A stretch of 64,000 bases of DNA from a virus. Of this stretch, positions 28,701-37,011 are shown one piece after another. The stretch is taken from the IMG/VR virus record IMGVR_UViG_3300002039_000001, positions 1-64,000 of that record. The stretch is one strand, 5' to 3'. The stretch's first letter is position 1. Each line of letters starts with the position of its first letter. Below the pieces are notes generated by a model, which was not told where the DNA came from, ran no database searches, and saw nothing but the letters and a program-made list of their open reading frames with translations. The translations under genes and the position numbers were made by a program.

Positions 28701-30134
28701 GACGCAGCCGGTAACACGTGGCAACGCCAATCAACAGCGACCGTGATCAAACCCGAAGGGCAAACATCGGACCGTGACGTCGGGTTGACGTCCCAGTCGA
28801 ATGGTCTCGCAGGTGCCACGTTGCAAGCGGTACCGGCGTCGGTGATCGCAGCGAAGTACGACGAAGGTTTCGCCCATATGGTCGAATGGTCAGGGACCCT
28901 AGCGGTCCCGGCCGGGACACTCGTCGAGGAAAACATTTTTGAGGCGTCCGCATCTGATGGTCCGACGTTGTCGCTTCATACCCGCGAGTCCGCGGGCAAC
29001 AAGATGTGGATGAAAGTGTGGGACCCCGCGGGCGGCTCCATTTCGAAGTCGACGGAGAACGTTCCTTTCGGTCAACGTGTCCACGTCAGGATGCTCGTCG
29101 CCCGTCACGCCACCGACGCCGCTGTGGACATGGCGATCGCTTGGTCCGAGGACGGCGGCGCGACATGGACCAGAGATGCAGCGACATCAGGTATCGGATC
29201 AGATGGCGGAGCGAACTTCGCTACGTTCGAAATGAACCCGGTCAACGGCACAGGTGAAATCACGATCGGTAACGCAACCGGCCAAGGCCCCGGCGTTGCA
29301 GGGTCATCGATCACCGAATCGGTTCGCTGGTTCGACCTTACATCCGGGACGACTCTCGTCGACGCGATCCTCGGACGTGACGTACCAGACGTACCCGCCG
29401 CTCTCGGAGCCGGGAACTTCATATCCGGTGTCGGGAACGTATGGTTGCTCGGATCGCAAGCTGACCTGTTCATCCTTCCATCGGTCGTGTTCGGCGTCGA
29501 CGGCGAACTCGACGTGTGGGAACCAGTGACACCAGTGCGGGCGACAGGGTTGAAACCACGGTCGTCCGGTGACCGGTTGTCGTTCGTGGATCACAGCCCA
29601 CCGCAAGGCGTCGGGTTGGTGTACCGCATCCGGCCAGTACTCGAAACTGCACCGTTCGCTACGGCGTCGACGGTGTGGGCCGAAACCGGTGAAGTGACCG
29701 TTACGCCTCGATCGTGGTGGATCACAAACCAGGACGGTGTTCGGGCGGAACTCGATCGAGTACCGGAACATGACTTGGAACGACCAGCTAACGCGCAGGT
29801 AGCTGCGAACCTTGCCGGTGAAGATTTCCATGTGTCGACCAGTCGAGTGCGGAAACCGACGTTCACGATCTCAGTTGACACGCTCACCGAAGCAGCGAAA
29901 CTGCGGTTCATTGAGGTGGCGTCGAGCGATGGTGTGTTGACGCTGCAGAACGTTCACGGCGACTCGTGGTTCGTGCAACGCGTCGGCGGTATCACCACCA
30001 CCCAGATCAACGCTCACAAGTTGCTGACTGAGCCGTGGCCGATCCGTTACTCGCATCGGCACACCATCAACGTTGTGACTGTGCCACGTGCCGAAGAATT
30101 GGGCTACGGGGACCGAACGTATGCGGCGGGGTAG
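25791..30134 (+). CDS. large minor tail protein (distal tail region)
   Basis: 1447 aa. ATGA overlap with the tape measure gene. Contains an AGDKLVTIVTMHNN... module of the type seen in actinophage minor tail proteins. Confidence 0.7.
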   Translation: MTNRTIDDKFLGAEAGDGSDVNRYAIESANDVVEATHESWPESGQVVATEPGARIHLFTYPDSTEGRAPTAEIPAVPPSDPIPANIEGPLTLSGTFNVGQTITDADTAIDRTADQFIVLDQVAVPASPSGVLWEQGNGTDGAYCGFVGGELVIRNGTGGDARFDGELLADQTGTLYLHLNPSAGSMSAWWLKDGDIQAIALGIASSGTPGDWAGTSGGSVGQVAGSANIEGGSAVPPNVRDSKTVMRVGGGGSTVADMPNHQAGDKLVTIVTMHNNGQSGAATAQLPGASRRLNFRGKNSVWAPAMFIWEQVATSDDEQITVTCQGPTKDWQRSITVMAIENAGQVSANLGSAQGAGPSTIGFDAADAGSALAIHVHSSASPENLNGVPGDTVASQNDPEYRGHQVGYTTSLGAAVVGVEQDPHTSATISVAGDVVNEGLAAFNGTINEARFYKNTPQPGNMLAEGVFGDPGTPIIPAAAATTYATGSPSTPWPNADLGRVLESVRPRLVQSRTGAGLWAARAFTVDDSGRTLYAPTIHRFTDVETDSGFVDRLGAAVASFSDGTDVNTAIGNGWPVGLLLEAVSVDETSLFGEARLDVASIRFSWVHPPTATIIYPAASSLAATVTPSVGWTLLDDDQQSAYRVRIWSDYDSDNPNSNVVYDSGRIVSRSARSHQVTRPLLPDSGYYVGVQSEGLQVNGRAAVANWVTHQFSTGEESAAPTTVAAPVAADNGDGSVTITGVDSHADQIGTYALIERASKAELDAARVASVEAAPKLVAESFDARAPGWMTTNSVNVPAAVQYYEWEWFGRLNWLVEDTRTLFEHGDEENVRAGISLWGHPENFDFNQPPPNPTPTLLGTPQAAGDLVVDALYAGEIGYRARLDAPLQTMTLSMSVDGGNTWVIAQTWLTGVVDPQVAAVNAPMYLNYRPGDPDQAINGHVRRFTFNVDGTMYADVDIDRDATADAASFTDAAGNTWQRQSTATVIKPEGQTSDRDVGLTSQSNGLAGATLQAVPASVIAAKYDEGFAHMVEWSGTLAVPAGTLVEENIFEASASDGPTLSLHTRESAGNKMWMKVWDPAGGSISKSTENVPFGQRVHVRMLVARHATDAAVDMAIAWSEDGGATWTRDAATSGIGSDGGANFATFEMNPVNGTGEITIGNATGQGPGVAGSSITESVRWFDLTSGTTLVDAILGRDVPDVPAALGAGNFISGVGNVWLLGSQADLFILPSVVFGVDGELDVWEPVTPVRATGLKPRSSGDRLSFVDHSPPQGVGLVYRIRPVLETAPFATASTVWAETGEVTVTPRSWWITNQDGVRAELDRVPEHDLERPANAQVAANLAGEDFHVSTSRVRKPTFTISVDTLTEAAKLRFIEVASSDGVLTLQNVHGDSWFVQRVGGITTTQINAHKLLTEPWPIRYSHRHTINVVTVPRAEELGYGDRTYAAG

Positions 30135-31317
30135 CCAAGCGTTCGAGGATCTCCGACATCAAGCTGGGGCGGTCGTGACCCGCGTCGATGTTGTTGTGGA
30201 TGGTGATGTCGTCGCTGGTACGGAGGAACGTACGCCGTCGCGCAAGTTCGCTTTGCGTGACGGCAGGTTGACGCACAACGTAGCCACCCAAGTCGTGACC
30301 ACAGGGACGATGCAACTCGGGTTGCATGACCGGCACCTTGTCCCGTTGGACGGGTTCGGTCCGCTCGCCCCGATGGCCCGCGCTCGTCTGGTCGTATCGA
30401 CCGGGTTTATCCTGAACGGGCAACTGGAAACGATGCCCGCCGCTGTCCTCACAATTTCTGATGCGGAGTTCAAGTCGTTGGGTGACGGTGACACGATCGT
30501 CGACCTCGAGGTGGAGGATCTGTCGAAGGATTTGGCTCGGTCTGGGTTCCTTGCCCCGTTCTCCATTCATGCCGGTACGAACGTTGTGCAGGAGATCGCG
30601 GATCAGGTCGGTGCGGTGTATCCCGGGTTGGTGCTGAACGCTGATCAGTCTGGTGTGTCCACGGCGACGCTTGAAGTGGACGAGAACAAGAGCCGACTCG
30701 ACATCATCAACGACCTCGCCGGGATGATCAACACCAAGTTCATGTTCACCGCTGACGGTACCCCCACGTTGGTGTCGCGGTCGTTGGGTTGGGCTGACAC
30801 GCCAGTCGATCAGTACGACACGAACGACCCAAGGATCGATGTGTCCGGTGGGTTGAACGGGTTGTGTCGCAGGTTAACGATCGACGGTGTCCACAACGCT
30901 TTCAAGGTGGTGGCCGAGTCGACTCGGGAACCGGACGAGAACGGGGATACACCGGAACCGATCGTCGCGGCGGCGTTCGCAGATAACCAGCCGTCACCCG
31001 CATACTACGATCAAGCCATGTTTGACGCTGGCGCATCCGGGTTGTTTCCCGAAACGATCGTGACCCAAGTCATCCAATCGACCAAAGCGGTCGAGCAGTT
31101 CGCAAGGTCGTCTGCGAATACGTTGGCGTTGCAACCCGAGTTCGTGACCGGATCAATACGACCGTCCCCCGGGTTGGAGCTCATGGACACCATCGCGTTG
31201 AACCACGACCCAATCGGATTGCAAGGACTGTTCACTATCGGTTCGATGACCAGACCGTTAGGTGAAGGTTGGATGACGTTCGGCGCGAACGAACGCCGAC
31301 TCGGGGCGGCACTGTAG
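30121..31317 (+). CDS. minor tail protein
   Basis: ATG 30121 overlaps the previous gene by 14 nt. 398 aa. Second gene after the tape measure. Confidence 0.6.
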   Translation: MRRGSQAFEDLRHQAGAVVTRVDVVVDGDVVAGTEERTPSRKFALRDGRLTHNVATQVVTTGTMQLGLHDRHLVPLDGFGPLAPMARARLVVSTGFILNGQLETMPAAVLTISDAEFKSLGDGDTIVDLEVEDLSKDLARSGFLAPFSIHAGTNVVQEIADQVGAVYPGLVLNADQSGVSTATLEVDENKSRLDIINDLAGMINTKFMFTADGTPTLVSRSLGWADTPVDQYDTNDPRIDVSGGLNGLCRRLTIDGVHNAFKVVAESTREPDENGDTPEPIVAAAFADNQPSPAYYDQAMFDAGASGLFPETIVTQVIQSTKAVEQFARSSANTLALQPEFVTGSIRPSPGLELMDTIALNHDPIGLQGLFTIGSMTRPLGEGWMTFGANERRLGAAL

Positions 31318-32571
31318 ATGGCTGTCCAAGTAAACGCCGTCCAGTGCGGACCAGGAGGAGCGACCGGCGACATCTTGTCCGTAGCGTTGGCACGGTTGGC
31401 GTCCGGCGACGGACAGTTACCGATGCGGACCGGTGTCGTCGAGTTCGTCGACGAAGATGGTTACCCGCCGATCATCAAAGTGTCGGGCCGGTACATGCGA
31501 TATTTCGATAACGCCGGCACGATCGCCGCCGGTGACATTGTGCAATGGTTCGACAACGGGTACGGGCCTACGGTCATGGGCAAGTTGGCGCGCACTCCGC
31601 TGGTCCCTTCGTCGGCAACGACGGAATGGTTCGAAACCGGTAACGGCGCCGCGGATCACCCGGCGATCGGGTTGCGTGTATTCCAAGGGACAACCGACCC
31701 GAACGGACGATACGAATTCGAAGGCGGGTATGTCGCCGACGACGTACTCGTGGCGATCGCGTCAGGTGCGGAGTGGGGTTCACTGTCCCGGCAGTGGCAC
31801 CGACACATTTGGGTTACCGACACCGGGCAGGTTCGTGTGTACGGGATGCAACCGGGTCGACGGTTCCGGGTCCTCCTGATCGTCAAGAACGATTCGCCAC
31901 CGGGTGGCACTCCACAGTTCCGGTATGTGGCCACAGGTCAGAACGCGTCAGGCCCGATCGAACATCCCTTGTTCGCTGTTGCTACACAAACGGGGACGTT
32001 GGATTCGTCCGGGTCCAGACCAGCCGGGTCGCTACCGTCTGGTGTCACCGCCGCGAACACTCTTATGGTTCATGCTCGGGCGATCGACTCGTCGGGCAGG
32101 TCGATCGACGTGTCCAGGTATTCGCCGTCGAACTGGTCCGCGTCGAGAGCTCACCCTGACGGGCAGATCGAAGGTCGGAACCGGCAGGACATCGCGAACC
32201 GTCCGTATGTGATGACGTGGGTTTATTCGACTGCGAACCGGCATGATCCGAATGGCTCTGATTCTGTGGTTGATCATGTTGGTGACGAGTCGAAGGGTCA
32301 ACGGTCCCCGTTGTTGGTGACACGACACGTAGCGTCCGGGGCCTTGTCTGGTGGGCGACGCCAAACCGCGACCGGTATCGATGATGCTGGTCGTCGGGTC
32401 GCCGCTATCTCTGGTGTTGTCCCTGCGACCGGTAGGTCGGTTGCCGCTGAGATGTATTCGGAGTCGGCGAACGTGTGGGAATTCGCGGAACCAAACCAGT
32501 CGCAGAACGGACAGACAGCGGAAGGGTTGGCGTTTGTGCTGGCCGGTGCGGACACAGCGTCGGACGTGTGA
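31318..32571 (+). CDS. minor tail protein
   Basis: 417 aa. The start abuts the previous stop (TAGATG). Confidence 0.6.
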   Translation: MAVQVNAVQCGPGGATGDILSVALARLASGDGQLPMRTGVVEFVDEDGYPPIIKVSGRYMRYFDNAGTIAAGDIVQWFDNGYGPTVMGKLARTPLVPSSATTEWFETGNGAADHPAIGLRVFQGTTDPNGRYEFEGGYVADDVLVAIASGAEWGSLSRQWHRHIWVTDTGQVRVYGMQPGRRFRVLLIVKNDSPPGGTPQFRYVATGQNASGPIEHPLFAVATQTGTLDSSGSRPAGSLPSGVTAANTLMVHARAIDSSGRSIDVSRYSPSNWSASRAHPDGQIEGRNRQDIANRPYVMTWVYSTANRHDPNGSDSVVDHVGDESKGQRSPLLVTRHVASGALSGGRRQTATGIDDAGRRVAAISGVVPATGRSVAAEMYSESANVWEFAEPNQSQNGQTAEGLAFVLAGADTASDV

Positions 32572-32614
32572 CACACCCCAACCACCATAAGTGGTTTCAT
32601 ACCAATGTGACCGT

Positions 32615-32983
32615 ATGGAAGACGCCAAGTGGAGCAGAGATAAGGAACCGGTTTCGTGGAACATGATCCCGGCCGGTGTGTTGGTCGCTGTTCAGATGGT
32701 GTCGGAACTGTTCGGCATTGACCCGATGGATTTGTTGGAACGCGCGAGGGCGCTTCCGCAAATCGCGACGCTGATCGCTGTCGTTGGAGGTGTTTGGAGA
32801 GCGCGTAGCTTCGCGTTCTCGAAGGCCTCGGTCGACGTGATGATGGCGAAAGTTCGGGAGCGTGCCACGACCGAGGGCGTCTATCAGGAACGGGATGAAC
32901 GACGCGCTGAACAAGAGTTGGACCAACAAGCTTGGGAAGACGCCATGAACGAAGGGGAGAATCAGGCCAACGGCCTCGACTAG
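32615..32983 (+). CDS. membrane protein upstream of the endolysin (holin-like candidate; start uncertain)
   Basis: Two hydrophobic segments (MIPAGVLVAVQMVSELFG, IATLIAVVGGVW) and a charged C-terminus. Alternative starts at 32591 (GTG) and 32663 (ATG). Confidence 0.45.
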   Translation: MEDAKWSRDKEPVSWNMIPAGVLVAVQMVSELFGIDPMDLLERARALPQIATLIAVVGGVWRARSFAFSKASVDVMMAKVRERATTEGVYQERDERRAEQELDQQAWEDAMNEGENQANGLD

Positions 32984-32989
32984 TACCCC

Positions 32990-33772
32990 ATGGCTATCCT
33001 GTACCAGCACGGCATCCCCACAGCGGGGAAGCACATCAATATCAGAGACCTTCACCCCGAAGCTCGAGAACGCCAACTTGTGTTGTTCAAGTTGTGCGCC
33101 GCGGCGGGGTTGCGGATGTGGAACTACTCGGCGGTGCGAACCTATGACCATCAGAAACGGTTGTACGTCGCTTACCTGAATCGTGGGCGGCGGCATCCTG
33201 TGGTGGCGAACCCTGACCGTGTGAACTCGCGTGGTCGCCGTGGTTCTGCGCACATGCAGCAAAAGGCGAAAGGGTACCGTCACGGCAACCTGTCCAATCA
33301 GGTTGGCTATGGGTACGCGTCGGATATTGGGTTCACCGACCGGCGCCGTCCGAGTGTTGAAGTACAGAAACAATTCCATGCACTGGTCAAGAAAGCTGAC
33401 CTGTATCCGTCGGTGTCGACTGAGTGGTGGCACTTGGTCCCGACACCTAACGCCGACCTTCGAGTGTTCGGCGCGTTGGGTTGGAACGGTCAAGCCGTTG
33501 CTGACATACAGGAAGACTTGAACCGTGTGCTAGGTGCCGATCTGACCGTCGACGGGTGGTGGGGAAATCAGACGTCAGTGACCGTCGATGAGCTGCAACG
33601 TCGAGGTCAGGTCGTGCCTACTGGGTATTGGACAGAGCGGGAAAATGAAGTGGTCCGAACACTCCAAGCGAAGACGGCGAGCAACGTCTCGAAGTCTGCA
33701 GGTGTGGATCGGGCGACGAAGCAACGGATGCGGGAGATTGTTCGTCTCGCCCGTGAGCAGATCAACGATTAG
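32990..33772 (+). CDS. endolysin: M15-type peptidase domain plus PG_binding_1-like domain
   Basis: GSAHMQ...GYASDIGF...EWWHL resembles the zinc peptidase M15 (VanY / L-Ala-D-Glu peptidase) pattern. C-terminal GWNGQAVADIQEDLNRVLGADLTVDGWWGNQT resembles a peptidoglycan-binding repeat. Confidence 0.7.
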   Translation: MAILYQHGIPTAGKHINIRDLHPEARERQLVLFKLCAAAGLRMWNYSAVRTYDHQKRLYVAYLNRGRRHPVVANPDRVNSRGRRGSAHMQQKAKGYRHGNLSNQVGYGYASDIGFTDRRRPSVEVQKQFHALVKKADLYPSVSTEWWHLVPTPNADLRVFGALGWNGQAVADIQEDLNRVLGADLTVDGWWGNQTSVTVDELQRRGQVVPTGYWTERENEVVRTLQAKTASNVSKSAGVDRATKQRMREIVRLAREQIND

Positions 33773-33780
33773 GACCCGCT

Positions 33781-34053
33781 GTGTTTTCCATCTTTGCTTT
33801 TTCCGTGCCTGTGAAGGCCAAGCTCGCGGGGTCAACCGCCGCGGCGTTGGTCGCTGTCGAGGAGGTGTTAGACAATTCGTCTGACATCGCGGCGTGGGTC
33901 GATACGGGTTTGAACACCGCAGCGCTTGGGTTGCTGGTGTATATCCTGAAGCTCATGTTCAACGGAGAGTTAGTCTCAACATCGTTGATTGAAAGTGTCG
34001 TGGATCAGGCGGTCCGTAAATCTCTTGAGGGCGTAGCAGAGAGAGACCGGTGA
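33781..34053 (+). CDS. holin-like membrane protein
   Basis: 90 aa, GTG start. Hydrophobic segments FSIFAFSV, AAALVAV and AALGLLVYILKLMF. Directly follows the endolysin. Confidence 0.5.
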   Translation: MFSIFAFSVPVKAKLAGSTAAALVAVEEVLDNSSDIAAWVDTGLNTAALGLLVYILKLMFNGELVSTSLIESVVDQAVRKSLEGVAERDR

Positions 34054-34160
34054 TCCTGGTGACCCGCAGGTTCCGCTACTCGCTGGTAGCGCTACTTGTG
34101 GTGATGACACTCCGCTTAACGTTCGATACAGCCTTGACCCTCATCGAATCACTGACCCCT
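34050..34160 (+). CDS. possible 36-aa membrane peptide closing the lysis cassette
   Basis: GTGA overlap with the previous stop. VILVTRRFRYSLVALLVVMTLRLTF... Below the track cutoff. Overlaps the end of the convergent minus-strand gene by 12 nt. Confidence 0.2.
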
Positions 34161-34343
34161 TGAAGCTGCGTCGCGGTCTGCGATGAGTTGTTGGAGTGAT
34201 TGCGTTTCGATGTAGCTGCGTTGGTGTGGGCGGATGTGTTCTAGGCGTCCGTCTTTGCACATGCGGCGGATGGTTTGGGATGTGACGCCGAGCATCTCAG
34301 CGGCTCGTTCTGTGGTGACCCAAACGGTTTCGGGTTCGCTCAT
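34149..34343 (-). CDS. excisionase-family / MerR-like HTH DNA-binding protein
   Basis: 64 aa. VWVTTERAAEMLGVTSQTIRRMCKDGRLEHIR is a typical HTH_17 (excisionase-type) motif. Confidence 0.7.
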   Translation of the reverse strand: MSEPETVWVTTERAAEMLGVTSQTIRRMCKDGRLEHIRPHQRSYIETQSLQQLIADRDAASRGQ

Positions 34344-34459
34344 GGTCTACATCCGTCGCACGAATCGACGCCGCAGTTCCAGCAGCGGGCGTCGATCTCG
34401 AGTTCACCTTCTGCGCATCGGTCGCATGGTCGATTCAGTTTGTGTTTATGTTCTTGCAT
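34340..34459 (-). CDS. 39-aa zinc-ribbon peptide, translationally coupled to the HTH gene
   Basis: Hand translation: MQEHKHKLNRPCDRCAEGELEIDARCWNCGVDSCDGCRP*. Its TGA overlaps the ATG of 34149-34343 (ATGA). Below the track cutoff. Confidence 0.45.
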   Translation of the reverse strand: MQEHKHKLNRPCDRCAEGELEIDARCWNCGVDSCDGCRP

Positions 34460-34465
34460 GTGATC

Positions 34466-34493
34466 ATCGTACACGATTGTGTTGCCACGGCAA
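34466..34493 (-). promoter_or_regulatory. candidate leftward promoter TTGCCG-N16-TACGAT feeding a leaderless ATG
   Basis: On the minus strand, -35 is at 34493-34488 and -10 at 34471-34466. The A of ATG 34459 is the 7th nt after the -10. Confidence 0.35.
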
Positions 34494-34495
34494 CA
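34480..34495. promoter_or_regulatory. inverted repeat TGTTGCC-ac-GGCAACA (candidate operator)
   Basis: 7-bp arms with a 2-bp spacer, read directly. Contains both candidate -35 hexamers. Confidence 0.5.
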
Positions 34496-34510
34496 TTGGT
34501 GGTGTAGATT
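34482..34510 (+). promoter_or_regulatory. candidate rightward early promoter TTGCCA-N17-TAGATT
   Basis: Hexamers at 34482-34487 and 34505-34510. Lies upstream of the early operon starting at 34687. Confidence 0.4.
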
Positions 34511-34585
34511 GAATATGTGGAGCTCAACACCATGTCACAGGCCATGACCATGATGGACCTGATGACTTGTCACCGTGAACGCGAA

Positions 34586-34612
34586 ACCGGCCACCCCAAC
34601 GGGGTGACCGGT
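34586..34612 (+). promoter_or_regulatory. hairpin in the early-operon leader
   Basis: ACCGGCCACCCC-aac-GGGGTGACCGGT: 12-bp stem with one C:A mismatch and no T-tract. Confidence 0.35.
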
Positions 34613-34686
34613 CCGTGTCCTCGTGTTAAGTAGCAACGTCCTCCAACAGAAGTTTGAACAACCAACACACAAGGAGCAATATCAGT

Positions 34687-35112
34687 ATGGCACTAACCGA
34701 TGACAATCTTCGGACAAGAATCAGTCAGCACCTAGAACAGGTCGCTGTCGAACTGGACTTGTATCACGAGGCGGCGGCACCAAGGAACTGGTCAGACATG
34801 CTCTCCCATTTGGAGGACGCCGCAAAGATTTGTGGTCAAGCCCACGAGTTGGAGATAGCACGGATCGGTCGCAGCTACGACGATGTGTACGACCGCACCA
34901 ACCTTGCTTGTTATTTGGAGTCGGGTGACCGGTTCTCGCTGGTCGGTAACAGCGAGGTGTTTGTCGTGGTGACAGCGGACCCACCGGACGACTTCACGTC
35001 CGGGTTCTTCGAAGTGGTCGCACTCAACGAGCTGGACGAAACGACCCGTATCCGTATCCGCTTCGATGACATTGTTCGTACGTACCCCAACCCTGATCAG
35101 GAGCCGTTCTAA
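34687..35112 (+). CDS. hypothetical early protein
   Basis: ATG 34687 preceded by aaggagcaat. 141 aa, acidic. Confidence 0.6.
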   Translation: MALTDDNLRTRISQHLEQVAVELDLYHEAAAPRNWSDMLSHLEDAAKICGQAHELEIARIGRSYDDVYDRTNLACYLESGDRFSLVGNSEVFVVVTADPPDDFTSGFFEVVALNELDETTRIRIRFDDIVRTYPNPDQEPF

Positions 35113-35657
35113 TGACCGACATTTCGCCTATTCATGAGCTTGTGCTCGTCGCCTCCGGCGTGCTCCGTGAGGACGTCGCCACCGACATCTTGGATGTGCA
35201 GGACGGGGTCGATGCGCTGGCACAGATCGCAGCTATCCGCGAACGATGCAACTTGTTCGATGCGTTGATCAAAGCAGACATCATCGCGAAGACCGACGCT
35301 GACGCTGATGACAATGATCATCGTTCGGTGACGTTGGATGATGGGACGGTCGTGTCGATTAAGCGTCGCCCGTCGAAGGTGACCACCGATTGGGGTCGTC
35401 TCCTCCCGGCCGCTGTGTACCGGATCGTGGACGAGCAAGTTGTCGACGCTGAGACGGGGGAGGTCATGTCACCGGCAGAGAAGATCATTCGGGCGTTACC
35501 GAAGATTGTTCCGATGACCGGGTCAGTGAAAGCTAAGAAGACAGGCCTCGACGCGGTGGGCGTTGATGGCGACAAGTACACCGAGAAAGAGTGGGGCGCA
35601 TTGTCGGTGCGTGTCATCCCACCAGCACCAGAAACCAGCACAGAGGAGAGTAAGTAA
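35112..35657 (+). CDS. hypothetical early protein
   Basis: 181 aa. TAATG overlap on both sides. Confidence 0.6.
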   Translation: MTDISPIHELVLVASGVLREDVATDILDVQDGVDALAQIAAIRERCNLFDALIKADIIAKTDADADDNDHRSVTLDDGTVVSIKRRPSKVTTDWGRLLPAAVYRIVDEQVVDAETGEVMSPAEKIIRALPKIVPMTGSVKAKKTGLDAVGVDGDKYTEKEWGALSVRVIPPAPETSTEESK

Positions 35658-36574
35658 TGGCTACAGGAGCACGGACGTTCAAACCCAAGAAGGCAACACG
35701 GAAGGGTCAGCGGTTGCGTTTGTCGATCGACGGGCCAACCGGGTCAGGTAAGACATGGACGGGGTTGCAGATGGCAACGGTCCTGGCGGAAGGCAACCCG
35801 ATTTGTTTGATCGACACCGAGCGAGGTTCGTCTGGCCTGTATGGCGACACATACGATTTCGACATCGTCGATTTCGACCCGCCGTATGACCCCCGCGATT
35901 TGCGGTCGGCGATCCGTCAACTGTCCGACGAGTATGCGGTGATCATCGTCGATTCGTTGTCGCATTTCTGGTTGGGTGAGGGCGGAACGATGGACATTGT
36001 CGACAACGCGAACAAGCGGTCGAACAATCCGAACAAGTTCGCTGGTTGGGCTGAAGGTACCCCAGCGCAACGGGACATGGTCGACGCGTTACTGTCGGCG
36101 AATTGTCACATCATCACGACGATGCGTTCCAAGATGGCGTATGCGTTGGATGAGAAGAACCGTCCGACGAAGGTGGGGTTGGCGCCGGAGCAACGAGCTG
36201 GAATCGAGTACGAGTTCACGGTCGTTGTCGACATGGATTTGGAACACACGATGACGGTGTCGAAGTCGAGGTGCGACGCGATCGCCGACAAGGTCTATAA
36301 GGCTGGTCACACCGATGAGATGGCGGAGGTGTTGTCGGAGTGGTTGTCGTCGAATGAGGCGATGATCTCGGCTGATCAGATCAACACGCTCCGCGATCTG
36401 ACTGCACCGCTGACCGATGGTGACAAGAAACGGGTGAAGGAGTTGTTCAAGGAGCATTGGGGCGTCGCCCCGAAGCTGACCGCGGCGGAGGCTACGGAGG
36501 CAATCGAGTGGATCACCGAAATGGTTGACGGTCTCATGGCTGACACGCCGGCCGAAACACAAGAGGAGGAGTGA
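35657..36574 (+). CDS. AAA_24 / Sak4-like RecA-fold ATPase
   Basis: LRLSIDGPTGSGKTWTGLQMA (Walker A), AVIIVDSLSHFW (Walker B region), and a layout typical of phage Sak4-type recombination ATPases. Confidence 0.75.
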   Translation: MATGARTFKPKKATRKGQRLRLSIDGPTGSGKTWTGLQMATVLAEGNPICLIDTERGSSGLYGDTYDFDIVDFDPPYDPRDLRSAIRQLSDEYAVIIVDSLSHFWLGEGGTMDIVDNANKRSNNPNKFAGWAEGTPAQRDMVDALLSANCHIITTMRSKMAYALDEKNRPTKVGLAPEQRAGIEYEFTVVVDMDLEHTMTVSKSRCDAIADKVYKAGHTDEMAEVLSEWLSSNEAMISADQINTLRDLTAPLTDGDKKRVKELFKEHWGVAPKLTAAEATEAIEWITEMVDGLMADTPAETQEEE

Positions 36575-37011
36575 TGCAACTCGGAGACAAAATCAGTGGG
36601 ACTCATCGTCTCGCCCGCATCGTGGGACAGTATCCAGAAACTTACGATTACGCGGGTCCGGGAGATGGTCCCGGTATCACCGAGCACTACGGACGATCTC
36701 ACGTCCTGCACAAGACAGGATGGCACTACCCACCGTTTGATGGTTGGCTACGTTTCAAGGTGCCAACGAATACGGGTGACGGTGTGGTGTCGTGGTGGCT
36801 TCGGCCGTTGCCGTTTGAGGGCATCGTGGTTGCTAAGACACGGGCAAGCTCCGGCGAGCGAGTGGAGGGCTATCAGAGTGGATACTACGAACCAGAATGG
36901 CAGGAGCCGTACTTCATGGTGGACGAGACGTTCCCCGTGTTGTTCGTTGCGACGAACCTCGGGCCGACTACCCAATTCGTTATGGCACCCGCAGAAAGTG
37001 AGGAGTCATGA
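36571..37011 (+). CDS. hypothetical protein
   Basis: 146-aa ORF with GTGATG overlap. Confidence 0.6.
   Translation: MMQLGDKISGTHRLARIVGQYPETYDYAGPGDGPGITEHYGRSHVLHKTGWHYPPFDGWLRFKVPTNTGDGVVSWWLRPLPFEGIVVAKTRASSGERVEGYQSGYYEPEWQEPYFMVDETFPVLFVATNLGPTTQFVMAPAESEES

Noticed and set aside
34149-34343. The excisionase-family HTH gene as evidence for a temperate, integrating lifestyle.
   Set aside because: No integrase, attP-like repeat or CI-like repressor was recognised in the window. HTH_17 proteins also act as plain transcription regulators.
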